Part shown: positions 36,201 through 49,500 of the stretch, in pieces | How positions within the stretch are numbered: the stretch's first letter is position 1 | How the letters are laid out: every line of letters begins with the position of its first letter | From: Phoronis australis | Lineage: Eukaryota > Animalia > Phoronida | NCBI GenBank assembly: GCA_002633005.1 | Contig: NMRA01000048.1 | Coordinates: forward strand, 62,001-126,000 | DNA: 64,000 nucleotides | Direction: 5' to 3' | Program-made: the position numbers and the translations under genes | The notes under the pieces: generated by a model | What the model saw: the letters and a program-made list of their open reading frames with translations, nothing else | What the model was told of the DNA's origin: nothing | Database searches by the model: none

Positions 36201-37419
36201 TTTCCAACACAGTTAAATAATTTAGTTTACTCAAGGAAGACTGTACTTTTTAATGACACTAATTTTGTGTCAGATTTTATCTTACCCACATAGGTGCAAA
36301 GCTGTATATTTATTATACAGCTTTGTACCAAGGCTAGCTCCAATCCTAGTCCTAGTCCTAGGCGACGGCACATCCTAATCAAGCTTGTACACCGGGAGAT
36401 TTTATCCGAATTACTTCTAACCCTGACTAACGTGTCAAAACTATGTTTATGTTTGTACCTTTTGAGTGGAGATTGGCACTTTTGGAGGTAGTTGGAGTCT
36501 TCAAATCCTTCCAGCTCAGACAAACACTCCTTGAATAGTCTGCCGACACTGAGACTTCAGATGAATTGGGGTTCTGCACATGAGAGTTGAGTGTCCAGTC
36601 TGTCTAAGAGGCAATTGCCGCTTGGCAAGTGGCTTGGAGATATGATACACTTATAATGTTCACTCTATTCCCTCTTGTGGAATACAGCCACAGGCTTACC
36701 TCTTCAGCTACAGATCTCAGCAACACCAGGTAGCATCCTGGAATTTCCCTTGGCAACACTCACCCGTGCCCTGGACTTTGCAACGGTTATGCTCATTTGC
36801 ACTCCCAAAATACAGTATGATGAGTCTCCCTATAGATCTAGTCTGAGCTCGGAGATTAGACCCTGGACCGTGTGGTCACTAATGTTGATTTAAGATTCTC
36901 ATTGAACTGAACAGACATCAGTATTAGTATACAGATCCGTCTCAGGGTTGATTTCAGATTAGATCAGAATTGTTATTTCTCCTGTTGTAAGCCTATGACC
37001 TCTATCCTTTCATCAATGTATTGCCGTTTTGTGATTAGCACAAAGTAGTGGTTATTGAAAACTGGGTTGTACACTTTGTCTCTTTCATTAAAAAGAGTCC
37101 ATGTTAAGAGTGTTTGAGTGTGGTTGGCGTTCAGTTTCTTTGGTACTTGTGCAGACCTTGGTAAGAATTTGGTCCTGTAATAGCAGTCTTAGATTTTGAC
37201 ATCAACACTTTCCTCCAGTTTCTGAAACTGTAGTAAAATGCACATAAGTTGGTTCCGACTAGTCTTTGGAATTTTATTTTGGTGTGACAAAAATGGATGT
37301 ATCTGAAGGGACGATTGCAGGAACTAGAACAACTGTATTGCAGTGTCGCACTTGTGTGAGTGTTGCTGTGTCAATAAAATTTGCAATGTTGTGTATGTTT
37401 GATTTCAGTAACTAAAACA

Positions 37420-39194
37420 ATGTCCAGAAACCAATCGGATGCTGTTGTAGAAGAGATCAGAGAACACACTAAGACCCTGCCTCCTTTACTCAGGAGACAG
37501 TTTGTCCAGTCTCCACAGCTCACTAACTCCTCGGACCATGTGGTTAGAATTATGCAGTGGAACATTCTAGCTCAGGGTAAGATATTGAACACTGTTGTTA
37601 ATGCTTTCACTACTCCGCGCGCCTCTCTGCAAGTCATCCTGTCAATGCAAATGTGCCAATGGATGAGCTGGGTACTTTCCCATTCTTGACCTTAATTACA
37701 TCCCATGTTATTAAAATCCTCAAACTGTATTTGACACTGAACAATGCAGTTCTAAAAAGCTTGTCAGCGAAAGAATTGATCCTTAGATACAAGAAATATA
37801 AATGCATTGTAAAACTGATTTGCAAGGGTTTTGAATACTTGCCATTAATCTTAATACTTAGTCCTTCGGCTTTTTCCATATACTGCTCGTCCTTCGAGGG
37901 TAACTTATTATTTATATATATGTTGCAGTCCAGAACTGTGTTCCAGAGTCTTTTTCCAAATTCCAGTAAAGGCTGAGACAATGGAGAAATTTTAAATAAT
38001 AATCAAAGATCCAAAATAATGTAATACTTAAATAAATTTCTACTTGAAATTTCTTTTGAAAAGTTTATAAAAATGATAGAGAATAAGGTCCTGTAAGTTT
38101 GAAGTTTAGCTCATTCAAATTAGCGGTAAAGGCAGTTTGAGTTGCCAAATAACAAATGAAGGCAACAAATTATTTATGAAATTTAATCTTTAAAATAAAC
38201 CAGGCATTATTAGATTGTTAGGTTTTCTGATCAATGGAAATTGTGCGTGTGATCTTGGTGTGCCCTTCAAACGCATCCACCTATTTTTAATTTTATTGTG
38301 TTACTGTAATCATTTGATGCGCAGCATCCTATTCAGCTAAAATTTGCTTTCTCTTCAGCCTTGGCATTGGGTAAAGACAACTTTGTCTGCTGTCCACAAG
38401 AGGCACTGCAGTGGAACACACGAAAGTACCGCATCTTGGAAGAGCTATTGTGCTACAAGGCTGATATCATTTGTCTCCAGGAAGTGGATGTGTTCTCCTA
38501 CATCAACGATAACCTCACCAAGTTTGGCTATTCTGGGGTATTCTTCCCTAAGGTTGATTCTCCTTGTCTTTACGTTGCAAGTGACAGTGTGGGCCCAAAT
38601 GGATTATGTCCTGATGGATGCGCTATTTTCTACAAGACCTCTAAATATAGACTTGTACAGAATAAGTCTGTGCCTCTGCAGAATGGCTCCTTGCCAACCA
38701 ATCAAGTGACCATCATGGCTCTGTTTGAGGAGGTGGTAAAAGACCCTCGACAGTTTGTCATTGCGGTCACTCACTTGAAAGCGAAGAAGGGACATGAAAC
38801 TTTGCGCCACAGTCAAGGCTGTGATTTGCTGGCTAAAGTGAGCCAGTTTGCTGGTGACAGACCCGTCGTCATCTGCGGGGATTTCAATGCCACTCAGGAG
38901 GAGCCCGTGTACTCGGCATTTGACCAGAGCGAGCTGGGTCTGACTAGCGCTTACAGAGTTTTGAATGGCCAGGAACCTGACTATACGACATGGAAGATCA
39001 GGGGAAGTGCCAGTGGACACAAGACTGAATACTGTCGCACCATTGATTACATTTGGGTGTCTAAAGGTAAAATTGAAGTCGCTGACTACTTGAATTTTCC
39101 AACGGCGGAGGAGGTTGGTCCTGATCGACTTCCCTCATTCTCATATGCATCCGACCACTTCTCACTGGCAGTCGATCTTGTTTTCAAGTCTTGA
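37420..39194 (+). CDS. NOCT: Nocturnin (CCR4-like EEP family NADP(H) 2'-phosphatase). Exons 37409/37420-37576 and 38359-39194; an upstream exon was not located
   Basis: VRIMQWNILAQ|ALALGKDNFVCCPQEALQWNTRK...DIICLQEVD...PKVDSPC...PDGCAIFY...THLKAK...CGDFNA...YTTWKIR...TIDYIW...RLPSFSYASDHFSL are the hallmark nocturnin motifs. The phase-1 intron is 37577-38358. Confidence 0.96.
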
Positions 39195-39233
39195 CGTAGA
39201 GCACTGTTTTTATGCATACTGTCTGTTTAATGG

Positions 39234-39807
39234 CTCGCTGGTTCCCTGCGTGCTGGCTGGGCTAAGCACGCAGGTATCACACAGTGGCACGCGCTTTAGC
39301 ATTGGTCGATGTAATCTTGGCAGTCATTGGTTAGCTTTACAACACCGTGAAAAAAATGGCAGACTGTGAATGATTTTAGCCTTGTCATGCAAGTGGCGTC
39401 GCAGCAACTATTTCGTTTGTGCAGTGATGTTTAATAGCCGCGTGCTTGAAGCACATACATGCACAATAAACACATATTACGGTGTGTTATTCATACTGTA
39501 TAAGGACACTATCGTAAACAAAAGTCATCGACAGTAGAAAGATGCATTCCGAAAAGGCTCAATCATAATTTCTAGGCTTCACATTTCCTGAACATAATTT
39601 TAAGCACCGGTTTGTCTGTACAACAGACCACATTTACACTTCAGTCCATCAGCCATGCCAGTTTGTTTGCGCAAAGTGCTGCCTGTTGACGAATCGACTA
39701 GCCAATCAGAAACGCCGGTGTAAAAAAATTTACAGAGGAAATTTAAGTGATACCTGCGTGCTGGCGCGGCTACCGCCCCACCTAGCGGCACGCAGGGAAC
39801 CAGCGAG
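39234..39807. mobile_element. 574-bp MITE with a 10-bp TSD in the nocturnin 3' UTR (Mutator-like by TSD length)
   Basis: Perfect 20-bp TIR CTCGCTGGTTCCCTGCGTGC, plus an inner inverted pair AGCACGCAGGTATCAC/GTGATACCTGCGTGCT. The direct repeat TGTTTAATGG flanks it at 39224-39233 and 39808-39817. Confidence 0.9.
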
Positions 39808-40770
39808 TGTTTAATGGTTGCCAAAGCATCTGTTGTGTTAGTATAAATCTTTAGTACCTCAGTTATACTAGATTAACGTTAAATGTCTGTGATAATTTTG
39901 ACAATCATTGAATTTTTGCAAGTGAGTGATATTTTGTTTTAAACTAGTTAGTCTTGAGGCGTTTAAAGCATGCGTAGTCTGTGCCGACTATGCTTGCTGC
40001 CTTTTTGTTAAGTGTTACCTGTGGTTGACATCTTTTGATTTTACTGAATATTTCTAAGAGTTTGCGACTCCTGGTTAAAAGATTAACAAAACATGATTTA
40101 ACTTTTAATCCTTTTCTTTCCTCACAAACTAGGTGGTATGAGGTGTGTTGAGTTGATGTTATATAACATGTATCAAGTCTAAATCTGGGTACAACCGTGG
40201 TTCGTGAGGAAGGAACTCCATATAGTGAATTGCAATGCAGGAGAATATAAATTTCAACAAAGTATTTGGGTTTATGACAAACGAACGCTGTTCATGAGAT
40301 GTCTAAGCGGTTGATGAGATAGGAAAATTGTCCAGCATTCTTGAGCAATGAAAGCATTGTTGCTACTAAAATTTCCCCATTCATTGCACAATGGTAGTCG
40401 GTTTCCTCCAGTGATAACCACAAGTTGATGGCCCTGCAGGATAACAAGAAAATATAATGTTGACAATTATAAAAATTATTTCAGAATCACAATGTTCATA
40501 TTCATTTGTATGATTGTATAATATTCAGAATTACCAAGTTGTTGATTATTTATTTTGTAATTCATATTCAATCTTTAATTTTCACTTAATCAGTATTTTC
40601 ACTGATTGTTATCCTGTGGTTTTTGGTTGTTAAAGGGACCATGTATTAAAGTATATCATCACTTTTACTCCTGTTCGATTTTTACTTAAAATATATACTC
40701 ATTAGCTCAGCTTGTTTTCTGGTGTGAACTGGTAAAATGCTATAAATTTCTTTAGCCCTGCTCATTGAAA

Positions 40771-40812
40771 AATAAATACTTTACAAAGACTCTTCAGTTT
40801 TGGTGTGTTGTT
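40771..40812 (+). terminator. Likely nocturnin polyadenylation signal
   Basis: AATAAA at 40771-40776, followed about 25 nt later by a GT-rich tract TTTTGGTGTGTTGTTG. Confidence 0.45.
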
Positions 40813-41499
40813 GTTCCTGATTTTGAAACTAGTGATAATTAAGGTGTCTGATTGAAGTGTAAATGATAGTTTTGTTATTGTAAGGTCGCAGCACTAGTAA
40901 GTCAGGTGTCAAGTTCACGGAAACTGGGATTTCCTGAAATTTTGTTTCCAACCTTGACTAGATTTCCTGTTGTAATTTTAGTTGCACATCTGTAAACGTC
41001 AGATATTCAAAAGTATTTGTTCCGTTCTGGTTGGTTGCAGCTACGGGCAAGGGGTGTGGTAGTCAGTGTAATAAGATATTTTGTTACCAATTTTATTTCA
41101 AAAACAGCTTCAGAGCGCCATGGCATTGCTTTGAAAGAACTAATAAGCTTTAGTACAAAAGTTGTTTATGGCGTCAAAACATGACTTAAAGTGGCTTTTA
41201 AAGGTTCATACAACTGTCTCTTATAAAGGTGCAGGCACGTGTCCCTTGTGAAGGCGTTGGTGGGTAGTCTCTAGTAAGGGTATATGGGAGTGTCCCATGT
41301 AAAGGCGCAATAGAGTGTCCCTTTATTAAGCAAAAAAGAAATACATTCATAACGAAATGAAAAATGCAATATCGCTGTGACTTTCATCCTGTTCATGCTG
41401 TGTGCTGGTATGTCAGTCAAAAAAATTGCCTGCCTGGGTCTCAAGTCTGCTGTTTCTTATTGTCAGATCTGTATCCAAATCAGTTCTGTCAAAAATTAC

Positions 41500-42447
41500 G
41501 GTATGTTAGGATGCCTCTGAGTGAAAGTCATAAATTTCCTCTGAAACCTGTTTCAAGGAGAAAAGGTGGTGCGGAAGAAGAATCATGAGGGAGTTCCCAG
41601 GAAAAGGGTGGAGTCGTGCGACTGTAAATAGAAATTGCTAACATACGCATCAAAGGGTCTGTTGCGCGTAAAAGTGGCAGTGGGAGACCCAAGACTTCAT
41701 GTTCGAGAGAAAACGAGGATCATTTGAGGAACTGATTCAATCCCAGGAGGACAACCCGGAGAATCACAAATCTCGAGAGAAGTCGCAAGAGATTTACAAG
41801 TGTGCAAGTCTTCTGTGCAAAGAATGGCGAAAAACTGGAGTTTAAACCATTGAAAAGAATGTGATTACCACGGAGATATCAAACTGTTTGCAAGAAAAGA
41901 TACACTATGCTGCTACTTTCATGACCCCTATTCAGCCACTGACTTGTTTCAGCAAGATGGGACTCCTTCACACACAAGCAATATAACACAGCCTCATATG
42001 GAGGAAACCGCACCAAAATTCTTCTAAAAGGATGAGTGGTCTCCGCTAAGTCTTTACTGCAATCCAATGGACTATGCCACATGGGACGCACTGAAGGAGA
42101 AAGTTTTCCGGGGAATGAGAGGCAGGAGTTAAAAGACTGGCAAATTATGGGAGGAAATATCGATGGAAGAAATACGGAAAAGCATTTCTGGTTGGAAGAA
42201 ACGGCCGCGTTTAGTCGTGGAGGAAGATGGAGGCCACATTGAGCATTGGCTGAAATAAGCCAGCGTGCCTTTGATATATTTTTTGACCTAATGTTTTTAA
42301 TTTGACAGTACTTGCACAATGGGATGCAGATCTCTTTGATATTTTGTACATTTTTGACGATATCCTAAGGTTCATCTGTAAGAAAATCGGTTTAACCGTT
42401 GCTGAGAATTTACTTGTCAAAAAGTGGCTCACTTTTAGGACTCCCGA
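41500..42447 (+). mobile_element. Degenerate, internally deleted Tc1/mariner transposon (maT/DD37D-like)
   Basis: Frameshifted fragments GSGRPKTS, FQQDGTPSHTSN, DEWSPLS..CNPMDYATWDALKEKVF and WEEISMEEIRKSISGWKKRPRLVVEEDGGHIEH. A TIR-like end GTGGCTCACTTTTAGGACTCCCG is present. The left boundary is uncertain. Confidence 0.8.
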
Positions 42448-43583
42448 TATATTAATAAAGCATTAAAATGGTTCCAAGTGACCAGAACAATTGGCCCACC
42501 TAAGCAGACTGCGCACGCCTGGTACAACGTGTACCAGACCGCCTGCAATTATTGTTTAGTGTGAGGTGAATGTACTGACAATATTTAAACTTAAACTGCT
42601 TTTTGTTCTCTTCACGCATTTCTTTGTGACGCATCTAGATTCAGTGCCATTTTTTCAATCGTACTCAACTCCATAAATCGAGTGAAGCAAGTGAGACTGG
42701 GTCGAAGAATATTTCGTTTTGTGCCTAGTGTGATGAAAGTGTACGAGTTAGTGGCATCTCATTGTATAACTACTAACGATATCGAAGATTTGGTTTATGT
42801 GTTTGTGTGCTGCGGCTACATCTGTTTGAGTGACAATCTTCAACATTGTCGTCAAGCGGCCATATTTCAGTAGAGCCACTGTAATCTCGCGCTCTATCCA
42901 CAAAGCAAACTTGTGCTTTAGACTCTTAATTACAACTTTGAAATTCGCCCCTCAACTTCGTGGCGGATGGGAATATAGTTATGGGTTGCAAGAAATGACA
43001 CTAATTCGTTATTTATTAAGACCATGCTCAGCAAATAAAATCACACGCCGTGATAAGACTGGTCTTATACGCAATGACGAATTGTCATTTCTTTCGAATC
43101 ACCTCCAACTTGACTGTGGAACAATTTGAGATCAATTTCACTAAGTGATGCACAAATTATGATAGAAGGCGGGTTTATAACTACTTTAAAATTGTTGTCC
43201 TCGACATGTTTTGAAGGAAAATGAGTATTTTTGAAGTTTAGGTCAATCAACTACAGTAATGCCATTTACTTTGCGGATCGTTCACTCACCCTTCGTCTTA
43301 AAGTGGCATTTGTATGCTCCAGTTGTACGCCCAAAGACATGCCGTGTTATACTTTTTCTCATTACTACTACACCATCATGGATCATTTTTGGTGTAGAAC
43401 TTATTTTTTAAATGTTTAGCAAGTTACCACTTAGTAACTTACTGTCACGTCACGTTGTAATCATGTCTCCTTAAATCGCATTTGTACAGTGTCACAGAGG
43501 TCAGTGGTTGATTTATGCTATTGTCACATTTGTTTCAGCTAGAACCAGCGTCAGGGTTAAGACTTTAGTTCCGGTATTATATC

Positions 43584-46500
43584 ATGGCACTAAGAACATT
43601 CCATCTCGTCATCTGTTGTCTCATAGCAACAAACGTTAAGTGTAAGTATTGTGTTATATGACAAAATTTATTCTTTGAAAAACAGGCCACCGGCACATTG
43701 TACTGAAGTAGAAAATAACATGAAGTGACACGCACACACCTGCAGGCTGTTGCTATAATTTGATGTCTAATTACATTACTCCGCATGCTTAGGCTAAGTT
43801 AGTATTAACATTTTGTGATAAAAACCGCTATTTGCGGCAACTTGAATGTCCCATTTTCGTAGAGCCGGGTCGATCTACAAGGGACAAAGGTGATCAACAC
43901 AAATGAGAATTCATGCTTAATAACTTCCATTTTACAACAAGCCTAATTTTGCCTTGGAATCCCAAAGTCACAATTCAACCATCAGTTAGTGAAAGGCTTA
44001 AGCATCTTAATCTAGCAAATGGTTTTCTGTAAAAGCCCCTTTTTACCCTGTAACATGCTATAAAATAAGAGTTGGTTTAAGCAATCTGTTTTCATCTAAC
44101 TCGTTCAATGGTGAAAATACATTTTCTTGTAACGTTTGACGTTGAAATATGTTTAGAATACGACCTCATTACCAACTCCCTGTGTGCACCAAGGAATCTC
44201 AAATCCATATGAAAATAAAATATTCAATACTACAGTACTAGATGGATTTCTCCATCTCATTTTGATAAGATTAGCACATTAAAGATTTCTTTTTTCAGAG
44301 CATTTCAAAAGCTTAATCATTGCTTTTTCATGAAAATCTTGAAAGTTCTCTTTTCATAGCCATCATGCAAAAGTTGAATATTTTAAAAATAATTGTTGCA
44401 AAACAATGCATAAAGCATAGTTTTTCCGACTTTTTACGAATACAATCAGTCACATTTTCCTAAGGTCCTACAAACGTGTAATTTCAAGAGTCAAATAATT
44501 TGAGCCACATTTCAGCCAGTACATCAAGACATCTTGTCATGAACATTTACTGTTCTGAATCCTTGTTCTGTTATTCTTAATCTTTGTTTTTTGAGCACCA
44601 TTTCACATTCCTTTTGGCGGGAATTTAATCATAAAACGGTGCCAAGGCATTCGTATTCTGATGCTACTTCAAAGGTATTTCCCACGAAGAGACAGTTTTG
44701 ATAACACCAGTGTAGTATTGAGCAAGGTAGCTGATAGTTGCCACATTTTTTCTATAGTCTTCTAAATTGTTAAACATTTTTGCAAGCACATAAACGGTTC
44801 CACAAATAAGATCAAGTCACCGGTAAGCAAAACAACGTATAGATTTCACATATACTGCGCCTGCAGTGACACTAGGAATTGAATCCTTCGCAATATATAT
44901 TTCGAAATAATCAATGAACACAAAAATAAAACTGACAGCTGACGGCCTCAGAACTAATCTAGTTAGATTACAACTTAAAAGTATTTTTTTTTGTAGCGTA
45001 ATACCAATAAATGTTTTTAAAAAGTCTCAAGGTTTTACATGTTAGTCTATGCGCCTAAATCCACTGAGATGCTATAGGCCCAGGGGCATAGGAAAAAATG
45101 CGCGTACTATGGTTTTGAATGAGCGCTAGTTGGGGAAAACGGTTTAGGTTTTTTCTATTGTCAACAAGCTTGCCATTTGTACGTAGCTTTTTCTAGAAAA
45201 TCGCACGACTATGCCATCAAGATGAAAACGCGTTTTTTTATAACTTCCATATCTGATGTTAGTAAATCGATGATTGCGCATTGCCAGGCAAGGTAAAATA
45301 TATTTTGATTTAATTTCAGGGAGAAGATGTTACTGCTCCAGTGGTGAAAAGGAAATAGAAAGATTATCGAATGTATAAGTTCAATCAGTTCTTGGAGACA
45401 TCTTTATCTTCCTTCTCAATGGGGGTAGTCCCACATATGTGAGCGTTTTGCGCTGCCAAATCTTCTAAAACATCGCCTTGTCCGCTTAAACTTTCTATAA
45501 AAGGGTTGACTTTATGAATTAAGAAAATTTCATTTTTTAAACAGTTCACTGAAGGGTAGTAGGTTGATCAAAATTTTTGTATCAGAAATGCCACAATCCA
45601 CAGGTTGGTTTATTCAAATATCAATCAATAAATAGGTAATTTGTAAGGGTAAAAAGGAGTCCCTCTTAACTGCGCTAACTCTCAAAAGGGAAGGGTTTAT
45701 CGTGCTAAAGTTCTCAACTAGGGTGGCTTCTCTAATGCCCCAGTGATACATCGCTTCGTGTATCACCTGGCTCCCATCATCTCCCCTATCCACTTCCTTC
45801 TCATCCTGCTTTTTCCTCTCCTCTTTTGCTAATCATTTTCAGTGTTTTATGAAGCCTGTTGGGATACGCACATGTATACTATTTATACGGTAATTTTCAC
45901 TTATTTCGCACAAAATCATTGTCAAAATCGTCAATTGTACTTTCAGTGGCTGATTACCTTGACCACTGTGGTTTTATGACTTTCACATTTTACAAACCAA
46001 ACTAGTAATAGGCAAGCGCCACCTAGTGACTTCCTGGAGAACAGTGTATACAAGTATAAACAGGAAAGAAACAATTTGTCAATGAATTGCGGTTTTGACA
46101 AAACATTGCAACTGATACTCTTAAAAACAAGTGTGAACGCAATTTAATGGGACAATGCATCTTCAATATTTCGTTTTTAGTCAGAAATAAAATTAAGCTT
46201 TTTACAGACAGATGCAAATGTAACGCCAAAATCCAAGGCTCCACTTGGCGTCCATGCGCTACAGGAGGACGCGATAACAGAACTTCAGTTCGAACAATCC
46301 CTATATCTTCTCAAAGTGATGGAAGACGCACCCCAGGGGACAGAGATAAAGAGACTGAAAATCAAAGGTTATGACTCGGTAACACTTTTAAAACTATCTG
46401 GTGTTTTCTCCTTGTCATCCAAATAGATACTATAGTCATTGTGTTTTATTGCGATCAGTTTTCATTTGCAGCTTCATATTTTGTCTGGAAATAGCTGAAG

Positions 46501-49500
46501 GCTCTTGCAAATGTCTCCTTCTTAGTGATTTTCTAAAGGGTGTCTATACTGCTTCCTTGATACGCGGTGTTGTAACTGAAGGAGGCCAACCGCGGCAACC
46601 TTCAGTGGTATATGCTACACTTCTGGCCTGGCTGTCAAATGTTCAATTTGGTTTTGCCTTGGTCTCGTCTGCAGTGTTTTTGCGTCAGAAGTACCGATTT
46701 TGTGGAAATGTAGTCCTCGGTAATTTTTATCCCGGCGCTGTTACTTAGTATTTTGTTCAGTTTGATCAATATTGATGTCAAATACTGCCTGCAGGGGCTG
46801 ATCCAGGATTTTGAGTTAGGGGGCCAGGATGCGGGGGTCTCCAATTTTTGGGTTTGCGGACCTTACTACTAAAAAAGGGTAAGCGGGGGTTTGTTCAAGG
46901 CCTATGCATTGTGCATTCGCTCCGCGAGCCCCCCTGGATGCGCGCATATGCTAGTAAGCAATTCGCACCCCGAACTGCCAAGTGGTTTCTCGAAGAATTT
47001 TAGGGGGAGGAGGCATTGTCCCCCTTGACCCCTCTTCCCCTAAATCCGCCACTGGTCTGCACATGCGTGTTCAAGTTGTTTTCTTTTGCAGTAGAAGTTA
47101 CAATTGGGTTTGAATCAACGACCTCTACTCCAAGAATTGATAACAGTTGAATAAAATTTTCGGTTATCACTGAATTTGTCGTTGCAACATAGAAGTACTT
47201 GTTATCATTTCCATTGTGTGCACGAGAGCTTGAAAGTGTGATAACCCCGCCTTCCGTCCAATTTAACCTTGGATTTCGACTATTTTGAAGTCTCAACTCC
47301 CTCTGATTACAGGTGATTTATTCTTAGGCTTACGGAAAACTGTTTGACTGTGTGTTATTGCTTACCGTTGGTTTATAACTGTCTTTTATGGACCGTACAT
47401 GGTAATAAGCAATAACTAGCCGCAGCTCGTTCCATCCCAAGAAATCACCTACATGTATCATCAGAGTAACGAACAAGTTGAGATCTGGGGTCTGTGCCAT
47501 AAAAAGTGAATTGGACTCAAGACTGAAATGTGGTCTTACGCTCGTACTTAACAATGAAGATTTAGTCAAATTATATTAGCTCATCACAGCCTGAAAATTA
47601 TTTGCACAAATATTCTCATTAATTAACAATTATGGGTATAACCTCAGATACTTTGTTCCTTTGTTAAATTCAGTTTAAATTATTTTTCAGAAATAGTTAC
47701 ATGGAGTGTAAGACGAAATTTCTTTCTTAAGTCTTAAGTCAGTTTCCATGAAACAGACCCCGGCTTTACTGCAGTAATTGGTATACGGGATTCTTATTTG
47801 TAGCTGTGGTTATGGTGCGTTCATTCTTATTTTGACAGGGTGTGATCTATTCAATAGAGGCCAGCGCAAGAAACAAATTCCTTATTAGAGAAACTGGGTA
47901 TGAAAATGTTTCCTTCTCTCTAAACCAAATTACTTCCAGCATCTGATAATCCCTGAGGTCCGCTCGAAGTATTCAAGCGGCTGAATTGGTTTTAGATGTC
48001 CATATTATCACGAACAGTAAACATTTTCAAATTTGCATCAAGTTGGGTGTTTTCCCCCAGTTACGCCCTAATCGCGCAAGTGCGCATAAGTTCTATTACC
48101 GGTTATTTAGTCTTCCTCCAGCATTCACGAAATGCATGGTCGTGGTTTGTGAGAAAGGACGGTGCTCGTAAGGAAGAATATAGTTGTATCATGCACTAAG
48201 AAAACAATTGTATCACAAAAGAAAATTGACGCATTTTAAGAGCAAAGGAACGCATTCGTGAAAATACTCATTTCCACTACAGCAGTAGGGTGATCCAAGC
48301 CTCCGAAGTTGACTCAAGTCATGATTTCCAGCTGCGATTTACCTGTGACCAAACCTTCAAGTTGCAGTGAAAACGTTCGTGCAGAAATTGTGGGAGATAT
48401 ATTGCACTGGATTACGTTCCAAATGACAAATTCCGGTTTTTGCGATTTTGTCAATATCACGCAAATCCTCGTGAGACAACATGACATAATGGGCATAATA
48501 TTTGTTGGATTCTGCTTAAAACTTGTAACTGTCATTACCTTCAAAATGAGGCGCTGTTACACATTCAAGTAGAATCCGCCCTAAATTCAACTGGTATCGG
48601 TGCATTGTCGTTACATACCTTTATGTCAAAATTTCATTGAATTTAGCCAATCAGTCCACTAGATACCATCAAGAAACGTTGAAAAAGTCCCAGAGGTCGA
48701 ATTTACCCAGAAATCGACTTGTACCGGCACATTTTCATCACATATCCCTACATTAAATTTCATTTAACTCTCTCAATAACTTAGATATCATTCGGAAACG
48801 CCGTTACCCAAATATACTGAAAAGCCCCCGCAGCGTATCTGGCCCTAGGATAGCATGTAGCTCCCTCATGATACGTTGAATTCAATTTCATCAAAATAAG
48901 ACCAGGGTATTTTGAGATATCCAGCAGACTACTGGACAACATGAAAAAACGACCTCGAAGGGATGTTGCAATCGTGGAATAGGTCCGAAATTGGCGTCCC
49001 GGCACATTGACGTCACATAACCCTGTGTCGAGTTTCATTGATATCCAGTTAGCGCAAAGGTGTAGCAGAACAGTAGTCCTCGAGTTCTGGTATTTTTCCA
49101 GAAAAAAATAGAGACGTCATTTCTAGGCAAGTGCCACATGTCGACTTAACTAGATTATGATTTTACCTTTGGTCAACAAAAACAGCCAACCTCACCACAG
49201 TCAGTTGATAGCGAATGTCATATCATTCGAAAGTCTTTAGTAAAAATTCAACTTAATGCCCATATCGCCTCAAACATGTTCAATAATAGTTTTTAATTAC
49301 CCTTTGTTATCTCTTTAGAGGAATTCTTCTAACAAAAGGCTCATTTGACCGCGAAAGCGTTCCTGAGTACAAATTTGCCGTCGAGGCAAGGAAAGGCACC
49401 CTGGTAGGTTTTCTAATAATTTAGCACCATTTGGAGCAGAGCGGTTATTTTCAAATGTGTAAACTTCAGTAATATGGCCAATCATTCTCTACTTAAAAAG

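Noticed and set aside
38344-39020. Overlapping ORFs 38344-38709 (+) and 38604-39020 (-)
   Set aside because: These are shadow frames of the nocturnin exon with no recognisable motifs.
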